A DNA stretch of 64,000 nucleotides. It comes from Acidobacteriota bacterium (GTDB taxonomy: Bacteria > Acidobacteriota > UBA6911). Below the pieces are notes generated by a model, which was not told the origin of the DNA, ran no database searches, and saw nothing but the letters and a program-made list of their open reading frames with translations. The stretch spans positions 3,776,001-3,840,000 of the forward strand of contig OY761556.1 in assembly GCA_963664705.1 (NCBI GenBank). The letters are read 5' to 3'. Both the position numbers and the translations under genes were made by a program. Below are positions 26,551-33,832 of the stretch, one piece after another; positions within the stretch are counted from its first letter, which is position 1; every line of letters begins with the position of its first letter.

Positions 26551-27783
26551 ATGAAATACGTGATTTTTCTTGGCGACGGAATGGCCGATTACCCCATCCC
26601 TGAACTGGATGGCAAAACCCCGCTGATGGTGGCGAAAAAGCCCGCCATGGACCGCATTGCGCGCGAAGGATGCACAGGCCTGTTCCGAACGATTGAACCG
26701 GACATGCAGACCGGATCCGCCATCGCCAACCTTTCCGTGCTCGGATACAACGCAACCGAGCTCTTTCATGGAACCGAGGGACGCGGTGTGCTTGAGGCCG
26801 CCAGCCTGGGAATTGAACTCGATCGGAATGACATGGCAATGCGCGTCAACCTGATCTGCATCGAAGACGGCAAAATTCGCAGCCACTCCGCGGGCCATAT
26901 CACGACCGAAGAGGCTCGTATTCTCATTAATGATGCCCAGCAGCATTTCAAAGAATGGAATCTCCGTGTGTATCCGGGTCTCAGCTATCGCCATCTGCTT
27001 GTGGTGCCGGGAGGTGAATTCATGCTCGAGTGCTTCCCTCCCCACGACAACGTCGGGGCCCCCTGGAAGGACCTCATGGTCAAGCCGATCACTGCCGCTG
27101 GTCGGGAGACGGCCGAACTGCTGAACCGCATGGTTGAAGAATCCCAGAAGTTTCTTGAAAAGCACCCGGTGAATCTGAAACGCAGGCAAGAGGGAAAACA
27201 GATGGCCAACTCTTTGTGGCCATGGGCACCCGGGAAAAAGCCCGTGATGCAGACCATCCCACAAAGATTCGGGGTTTCAGGAGCCGCCATCACCGCAGTG
27301 GATCTGATAAAAGGTCTGGCTATTTACGCGGGCATGAAGCCGATCAATGTTGAAGGCGCGACCGGACTTTACGATACAAATTACGAGGGAAAAGCCGACG
27401 CTGCGTTGAAAGCGCTGGAGGATGTCGATTTCGTATATATCCACGTGGAAGCGCCGGATGAAGCAGGGCACGAAAAGAATCTTCCGTTGAAGATACGCTG
27501 CATCGAAGATCTGGACCGTAGGCTCATCCAGCGCGTGCTGGAAGGAATCGAAAAGAAGGGGTGGGATGCTACAGTGGCTGTCTTGCCGGATCACCCGACG
27601 CCGATTGCCCATGGCAATCACACGCGTGAAGCAGTGCCGGTAGCCATCCGTTCGCCCAGGCTTCAGGCAGATGCGGTGTCATCTTACGATGAGGATAGCG
27701 TCAGGCAAGGCTCGCTGGGATTATTAACGGGCTCCCGGTTTATCGAGACTTTTTTCTTACACTCCAAGAATCAGCGATCCTAA
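26551..27783 (+). CDS. apgM: Cofactor-independent phosphoglycerate mutase-like (ApgM / proposed homoserine kinase) protein
   Basis: GDGMAD, GSAIANLSVLGY, HVEAPDEAGH and LPDHPTP metalloenzyme motifs; directly follows thrC. Confidence 0.85.
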   Translation: MKYVIFLGDGMADYPIPELDGKTPLMVAKKPAMDRIAREGCTGLFRTIEPDMQTGSAIANLSVLGYNATELFHGTEGRGVLEAASLGIELDRNDMAMRVNLICIEDGKIRSHSAGHITTEEARILINDAQQHFKEWNLRVYPGLSYRHLLVVPGGEFMLECFPPHDNVGAPWKDLMVKPITAAGRETAELLNRMVEESQKFLEKHPVNLKRRQEGKQMANSLWPWAPGKKPVMQTIPQRFGVSGAAITAVDLIKGLAIYAGMKPINVEGATGLYDTNYEGKADAALKALEDVDFVYIHVEAPDEAGHEKNLPLKIRCIEDLDRRLIQRVLEGIEKKGWDATVAVLPDHPTPIAHGNHTREAVPVAIRSPRLQADAVSSYDEDSVRQGSLGLLTGSRFIETFFLHSKNQRS

Positions 27784-27818
27784 TAGGCACTTGATTTTTA
27801 TTGGAAGCGCTGCAGCGG

Positions 27819-27866
27819 CGTCGGTGGGTTTTACACTGATATCACTCTTTGTAAGTCCTCTTTACA
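27819..27866. promoter_or_regulatory. Two putative enhancer boxes, 31 bp apart
   Basis: cgtcggtgggttttaca (27819-27835) and tgtaagtcctctttaca (27850-27866), similar to boxes at 2842 and 2945. Confidence 0.5.
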
Positions 27867-27992
27867 TCTTCACCTATATCATTCAATGAGCGAACAATTG
27901 CCTTCACATTCTTTGACAATTGGTTTCGCCTAAACACCATCCGTTCAACAAGTTACATATATTTTTTCAAACCTGTCAACCAATTGTAAACA

Positions 27993-28008
27993 GGGCCGGT
28001 CTCTTGCA
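27993..28008 (+). promoter_or_regulatory. Sigma-54 (-24/-12) promoter
   Basis: gGGccggtctcttGCa with GG-N10-GC spacing, upstream of the PEP-CTERM gene. Confidence 0.5.
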
Positions 28009-28045
28009 TTTCTCTCCAATGTACTTTGCACTAAAGGGAGAGAAT

Positions 28046-28711
28046 ATGAAAAAGTATCTAGTAGTTTTTTGTTTGCTTCTGTTCTGCGCTGGTTTATCGA
28101 GTACTGTTTTTGCAACCACTATGTCTTTTCATGAACAATGGACCGGAACAAAAACCATCGACAATTCAGGGATCTACCCGGAGTGGTGGAGCACTAAGTT
28201 TGATTTCCCCAATGCGGGACCCGCAGGCGCCTACACAAATGGCAAGTTTGAATACGACAGCTATATAAACAACATTGGTGCTTTCACCATCACCATCAAG
28301 GGGTACGGTGATACTGACAAATATAAGCCGATCGATCTTTTCCTCGATTTTAATAGTGATCACTATTCCTGGCTCAATGGCTCCAAGAATGGGGCAACCG
28401 GAGTCATTGCCGGCTATGATGTAGCAGAGACCGTTCCTTTTACTCTTACCATGGACATCAAGAATAATAAGCTCCTTTATAACGGCTCCCAGGTAGGCGG
28501 CTTATCAGGCGTTAACCTGAATACCTTTCTTAACAAGCAGGAACTTTATGTAGGGATAGGCTGTCACTTTACATTAAGTGAAATCGATGTGGATGTCAGC
28601 GCGGTCACCTCATCCCAAACCACAAACCCCGTGCCGGAACCAGGATCCCTTGTTCTGCTCGGGTCTGGAATTGCAGCGCTGGGATTAGCGTTAAGGCGCA
28701 GAAAGCAGTAA
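28046..28711 (+). CDS. PEP-CTERM sorting-domain surface protein
   Basis: RBS agggag, signal peptide MKKYLVVFCLLLFCAGLSSTVFA, VPEPGSLVLLGSGIAALGLALRRRKQ tail. Confidence 0.92.
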   Translation: MKKYLVVFCLLLFCAGLSSTVFATTMSFHEQWTGTKTIDNSGIYPEWWSTKFDFPNAGPAGAYTNGKFEYDSYINNIGAFTITIKGYGDTDKYKPIDLFLDFNSDHYSWLNGSKNGATGVIAGYDVAETVPFTLTMDIKNNKLLYNGSQVGGLSGVNLNTFLNKQELYVGIGCHFTLSEIDVDVSAVTSSQTTNPVPEPGSLVLLGSGIAALGLALRRRKQ

Positions 28712-28745
28712 CTTAATTCTCCCGCACTTCTCGAATGGTTAATCC

Positions 28746-28773
28746 AGAGCCGCCGTCAGGCGGCTCTTTGTAT
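28746..28773 (+). terminator. Rho-independent terminator
   Basis: agagccgcc-gtca-ggcggctct followed by T-rich sequence. Confidence 0.7.
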
Positions 28774-28810
28774 TTGGAGTGAGTGACGCATCTGTGGGCG
28801 GGCGATGCCG

Positions 28811-29359
28811 TTACGGCTTCTTGTCCGCATAATGAAATTCATACTTCTCGGTCAGCGATACCGCCATGCACAGAAACGGCTTCTGGAATTTCAGCGTTTC
28901 CATCGGACAGTGCCACACGCCCTTCGGAATCACGACCGCCGTTGATACGGAAAAGATGTGATTTTCCTCCTGCCCTTTCGGTCCGATCTTGAAGTTAACC
29001 TCCGCCCCCAGCGTTCCGATGTCCTTGGGATCCGATCCGATAAAATAAACCACTTCATCGTGATCATGAATATGCGGCTCGGTGGACATCCCGAGTTGCC
29101 CAACCTTCAGTCCGAATGCATAAATAATGTTGCAGGGAAAGCCATTCAGAATATCGGCTCCCGCGGAAAACATCGACATCTCCCCCATCTTATGAACGGG
29201 CAGTTTCACAAGGCACTTGCCGTATTTGGACTTTCCATCGGAAGTCTCTTTTGAAACGCCTTGTACCAGCGGATTGGCCAACCCTAAAAGCGAACCCGCC
29301 GATGCTGCTGCAGCACTCCCAACTGCAAGGGTCTTTACAAATCCTCGTCTACTTGTCAT
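28811..29359 (-). CDS. Cupin-like protein with twin-arginine signal peptide
   Basis: SRRGFVK Tat motif plus Ala-rich h-region; PHIHDHDEVVYF and IPKGVWHCP cupin motifs. Confidence 0.75.
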   Translation of the reverse strand: MTSRRGFVKTLAVGSAAAASAGSLLGLANPLVQGVSKETSDGKSKYGKCLVKLPVHKMGEMSMFSAGADILNGFPCNIIYAFGLKVGQLGMSTEPHIHDHDEVVYFIGSDPKDIGTLGAEVNFKIGPKGQEENHIFSVSTAVVIPKGVWHCPMETLKFQKPFLCMAVSLTEKYEFHYADKKP

Positions 29360-29365
29360 GGCCTC

Positions 29366-29427
29366 TCCAGATTTCAGATTTCGGATTCCAGATTTCTTCG
29401 GAAATTGGAAATCCGAAATTATGAATT
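29366..29427. repeat. 7-bp-period inverted repeat (family B)
   Basis: tccagatttcagatttcggattccagattt ... gaaattggaaatccgaaattatgaatt. Confidence 0.8.
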
Positions 29428-31544
29428 TTTTTCTCCAATGAGTATTCGCGCATCCACGACGCGCGCACCGGAACCGGCTGGAAGCACGATGAGCGGATTG
29501 ATATCCATCTCCTCAATTTCCGGAAAATCGGTTACCAACTGCGACAGTCGCGACAGCGATTCCGCAATCGCATCCAGATCGGATGGTGGCTCACCGCGGT
29601 ATCCCATCAGCAGCCGGATCCCCTTAATATTTTCAATCATGTGCCGCGCACCAAGCTCCCGGATCGGCGCAATCCGGAATGTAACATCCTTCAGAACCTC
29701 AACGTAGATGCCGCCCAATCCAAACATAAGCAGCGCCCCGAAGTGCGGATCGCGCTTCATCCCGAGAATGGTTTCCTTCCCGCCGCGCACCATTTCCTGA
29801 ACCAACACACCCCAGATTTCCACGTTCTCCTTCGCGGCTTTGACCTGCTGAACCAGGTCTTCGTAGGCTTCCTTCACATCTCCTTCCGACTCCAGGTTCA
29901 GCCGCACACCTCCTACATCCACCTTGTGGATGATATCGGGCGAAACAATCTTCAGCACAACCGGGAAACCGATATCCGCCGCCGCGGCTATAGCTTCTGT
30001 CGCATTCTGCACCATCTTCGACTTCAGCATGGGGAGTCCATATGCCTTGAGCACGGCATGCGCTTCGGGCTCAGGCAGGAATCGGCGCCCCTCCTTTTTG
30101 CCTTGGTCAGGATCTTCTTTACGGTCTCAGGCTGAAGATCCTCGAAGTGCCTGACTTGTGTGCGCGGCCGCGAACGCCACTCCACGTACCGGGACATTGC
30201 GCTGAGCGATCTTGCCGCATCCTCCGGAAATCGGTAGTGCGGGATCTGGGCTTCCTCGAGAATCTTCAGCGACGCCTCAATATCACCGGTTGCCATATAC
30301 ACGACAAACACGGGCTTGTTGGAAAACCGAGCCTGCTGCACGATCACTTTCGAGGTTGCCTGCAGATTCGTAAGCATCTGTGGAACGCAGATAACGATGA
30401 CGCCATCCACATTATCGTCGGTCAGTACCGCCTGCATGGCCAACTGATACCGCGACTCATCCGCGTCTCCGATAAGATCGATCGGATTATTCAAACTGAC
30501 GGTCGGAGGCAAATCCTTCATCATGATCGACTTGGTTTTTGCATCAAGTTCAGACAGCTTCAATCCATGGCGGACAGAGTTGTCCGTCGCCATGATCCCG
30601 GGACCACCCGCATTGGTCACAATGGCGACACGGTTGCCCTTCGGCAACGGCTGATTCGCAAAAGACATTCCATACCGGAACAGGTCTTCGAGCGTATCGA
30701 CTCGAAGCACGCCGCATTGAGCAAAGAGCGAGTCATAGACCTCATCCGATCCCGCGAGTGCACCGGTATGCGAAGCGGCCGCCTTGGCTCCCTCTATGGT
30801 TCTCCCTGATTTCACTCCCAGGATCGGCTTCTTCTCGGAAACACGCTGGGCAAGCCGGACAAACTCCTTCGGGTTTTCAAGTGCCTCGAGGTACATCAAG
30901 ATGACATCAGTGTTCGGATCATCCGCGAGCGCCTCCAGCACATCGTTTTCGTAGATGTCCGCTTTATTGCCGATGGAGATGAATTTGGAGAAACCGATCT
31001 TTTCACCCGCTGCATATTCCAACGCTGCAACGCCGACGGCTCCGCTCTGGGAGATAAATGCGATTTTGCCGCCCAGGGGGAAATTTCGCGAAAAGGTAGC
31101 GTTCAGCGATACCGCGGGATCTGTATTGATGACACCAAAACAGTTGGGGCCAACCACCGCCATTCCATACTCCTGCGCCACAGCCTGCAACTGGTGCTCG
31201 AGTTCAATGCCATTTCCGCCTACTTCCTTGAAGCCGGCGCTGATAACAATCGCGCCTTTGCATCCCTTCCGCCCTGCTTCCTTGAGTACCTGCGGCACAT
31301 AGCCGGCGGGAACCAGCACCACCGCTAGGTCCACTTCATCCGGCACGTCCATTACGGTCGGGTATGCGCGCACGCCCAGGATACTCTTGGCTTTACTGTT
31401 GACCGGATAGACGCAACCGCTGTACCCGGCAAAAAGAAGATTCGCGAAAACAGCGCGGCCAAGACTGTGAGTTTTAGCCGATGCACCAATTACTGCGACT
31501 GAACGAGGAGCAAAAATTGCCTTCAGCTGGTCTGACTTGGGCAT
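29419..31544 (-). pseudogene. ADP-forming acyl-CoA synthetase (fused alpha/beta, acetate--CoA ligase family), split by a 1-nt frameshift near 30095-30099
   Basis: ORF 30024-31544 has CoA-binding and AAASHTGALAG motifs; ORF 29419-30054 is the ATP-grasp domain. One extra A in an A5 run restores KAKKEGRRFLPEPEAHAVLKAYG. Could be a sequencing error. Confidence 0.8.
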
Positions 31545-31554
31545 ATCAAGAATC

Positions 31555-32025
31555 CTAGGAAATCTGATATCGGACGATCGGGACCTTCTGGTAGCTCCCG
31601 CTACTGATAGAGAAAACTCCGACTTCAGGGTTGGACGGATTAACGACCGAAACGATATAGGAAAACAGCCCGGGATCCGAACTGAGAAAGATATCTATTT
31701 CCGAAGGCTCTGCGCGCAGAATCCTATGGGAATGGAAAACCCCTACAAAAGATTCCTTCATGGAATCCATTTGCTCCATGATTGTTTTCACTTCAGGGTG
31801 CGAAATGACGAAACCAAGGTCCGGATCCTTGTAGAAGTCGCCGAATGACTCAAATAGCGATTTCCACTCAGGCTCGTTCCGGAGGTTTGTTCTGCAAGGG
31901 TAGAGTGTGGATGGGTGATAGGGATCTTTGCCGCCAATGAGTCCGAATGCCTTGTGCGGAAGTGCATCCACACAGATCCGGATCAATTCCTGATACAGCA
32001 GCTCGGGAATATGGATTTCGGGCAT
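31555..32025 (-). CDS. JAB/MPN (Mov34, M67-like) domain protein
   Basis: HSH-x7-S-x2-D (HSHRILRAEPSEID) JAMM metal motif; N-terminal LPHKAFGLIGG. Confidence 0.8.
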   Translation of the reverse strand: MPEIHIPELLYQELIRICVDALPHKAFGLIGGKDPYHPSTLYPCRTNLRNEPEWKSLFESFGDFYKDPDLGFVISHPEVKTIMEQMDSMKESFVGVFHSHRILRAEPSEIDIFLSSDPGLFSYIVSVVNPSNPEVGVFSISSGSYQKVPIVRYQIS

Positions 32026-32047
32026 CGGGTAAAACTATAACATAAAA

Positions 32048-32124
32048 CAGTAGCCAGTAGTCAGTAGCCAGTAGTCAGTAGCCAGTAGTCAGCATAACTA
32101 CTGACTACTGGCTACTGACTACTG
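32048..32124. repeat. 7-bp-period inverted repeat (CAGTAG[CT])
   Basis: (cagtagccagtagt)x3 cag ... ctactgactactggctactgactactg; near-perfect hairpin. Confidence 0.9.
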
Positions 32125-32131
32125 CTTTTAG

Positions 32132-33085
32132 TTAGCTGGGCGGCACTTTCCCCATTGCAGGCATGGGATCCTTGGGGCGTGCGACACGGGCAAATTCATA
32201 TCCGGCCGCAATGATCGGGCTGAGCGTCCCCCCCGCCAACACCGTAAACCGCAGGCAGAGGCCGCCGAACAACCCGAGCACGGCAGCCAGACCGCCGGCC
32301 ATTCCATGTCCTCCACTCAACTCCAGGAAGAACGGGATCACCAATCCACAGGCAATGACTCCAAGCCAGAATGCCGGCGCAACCGCTCCCGAAAGAACAC
32401 GCCTGGCGGAGTACCTGGATTCCACCGTTCTATAGGCGTTGTACAGGAACACAACCAGCACAAACATCTCGAGCAGCAGAATCCAGACATCTATGCCCGC
32501 CAACAACTCCAACTGCGTAGCCGCAACCCCCAGGCCTCCTCCAATCAGCATGATGGCCATGATGCCCGCCGATACCGCCGAAATGAAGAACAGCACCGGC
32601 AACAGGGCGGTATGCCACAAAGAAATAGGTTGGCTATACCCGAGCAGAAGCCCCGTGTAAATCACCGTAAGAAACGCGAAAACAGCGCCCAGGGCGCCCA
32701 CGATGTGGCGTGCCGATGCATCCTCAGCCAGTGCGCCCGGGAAAGGCCATACCAGCCATCCCATGTGAATGGCCGCAAAGATCATGAACAGGACAATGAT
32801 GATCGTTCCCCTGGCAATCCATGAGGTCTTCGGTTTCATCCAGACCCTCCAGGCATTGAAAGGGTTGCCAAGATCGCAAAGCAGGAACATCGTCCCAAGG
32901 AGCACACAGGGCAGGCCCAGTGTGATTCCGATCTTGGAAACGCTCATCCAGTCCGCACCGCCCGCCCAATCAGCGACAACACCCACCAGGTAAGCTCCGC
33001 CGCCGACGCCGGCCAGAAAGAGGTACGCGGCAATCAGCCAGCGCCACTCCACCTGGACCTGGCCCTCCAATTTCACGGATCCCAT
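32132..33085 (-). CDS. NrfD/PsrC-family membrane anchor subunit
   Basis: W...IAAYLFLAGVGGG, DLGNP, SWIARG, YTGLLL and W....LP..F..SA motifs. Confidence 0.9.
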   Translation of the reverse strand: MGSVKLEGQVQVEWRWLIAAYLFLAGVGGGAYLVGVVADWAGGADWMSVSKIGITLGLPCVLLGTMFLLCDLGNPFNAWRVWMKPKTSWIARGTIIIVLFMIFAAIHMGWLVWPFPGALAEDASARHIVGALGAVFAFLTVIYTGLLLGYSQPISLWHTALLPVLFFISAVSAGIMAIMLIGGGLGVAATQLELLAGIDVWILLLEMFVLVVFLYNAYRTVESRYSARRVLSGAVAPAFWLGVIACGLVIPFFLELSGGHGMAGGLAAVLGLFGGLCLRFTVLAGGTLSPIIAAGYEFARVARPKDPMPAMGKVPPS

Positions 33086-33134
33086 AAAATTCTCCTATCA
33101 GCAATTGTGCCCAAATTCCGGGTACCGCACGGAA

Positions 33135-33761
33135 CTACCTCGGGGGCAGATAATAGACTTTAGGTTCGGTGCCAACCTCAGGCCGCAGGACAAAACCGCG
33201 TTTTGTCTTGATGAGATAGGATGCTTCGCTTTCAGGGTCGTCGAGATCGCCGAAAACCCGCGCCTTCCCCGGACAGACCTGCACGCAGGCAGGTTCCTTT
33301 CCCCCGGCGCGTCGATCGAAGCAGAAATCGCATTTCGTAGAAACGCCGTTTCCGCTTTTCTCCTCCCAGGCCTTCATGCAGAACTTTTCATAATCGCTGA
33401 CTGGAAGCCCTTCGGGGAAATAGCTTTTGTACTCGCTTACCGAATAGCGCGCGCCGTACGGGCACGCCATCATGCAGTACTTGCACCCAATGCACTTGTT
33501 TTTGTCAATCCGGACGATTCCATCCTCTGTCTGGTAGGTTGCACCCGTAGGGCAGACCTTCATGCAATCCGGTTCTTCGCATTGATTGCAAAGCACCGGC
33601 AGCGCCTGCCGAACAGAATTGGGATACGTCCCTACCTCACCACGCAGGACACGGCTCCAGAACACGCCCGGTGGCGTATGGTTCGCTTGTTTGCATCCCA
33701 TGACGCAGGAATAGCATCCATAGCATCTCTTGAGGTCAATGACCATTCCGTAACGTGCCAT
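33135..33761 (-). CDS. Four-cluster 4Fe-4S electron-transfer subunit (DmsB/PsrB/PadC family)
   Basis: RYGMVIDLKRCYGCYSC, CNQCEEPDC..VCP, CIGCKYC..ACPY and KCDFC...PACVQVCP. Confidence 0.92.
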   Translation of the reverse strand: MARYGMVIDLKRCYGCYSCVMGCKQANHTPPGVFWSRVLRGEVGTYPNSVRQALPVLCNQCEEPDCMKVCPTGATYQTEDGIVRIDKNKCIGCKYCMMACPYGARYSVSEYKSYFPEGLPVSDYEKFCMKAWEEKSGNGVSTKCDFCFDRRAGGKEPACVQVCPGKARVFGDLDDPESEASYLIKTKRGFVLRPEVGTEPKVYYLPPR

Positions 33762-33803
33762 ATTCAACTCCAAATAAAATTGTCCAAAGCCATCGGCCTG
33801 AAC

Positions 33804-33828
33804 GCCGGCGAGACGCCGGTGTTCCCGG
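33804..33828. repeat. REP-like palindrome (family D)
   Basis: gccggcgagacgccggtgttcccgg; reverse-complement match to 39192-39216. Confidence 0.65.
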
Positions 33829-33832
33829 CAAG

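Noticed and set aside
30090-30105. Programmed -1 ribosomal frameshift
   Set aside because: The site (GCA AAA AGG) is not a canonical X XXY YYZ heptamer and no clear stimulatory structure was seen; a homopolymer error is simpler.
32048-32124. Possible CRISPR array
   Set aside because: Units are 7 bp with no unique spacers, the second half is inverted, and no cas genes are present.
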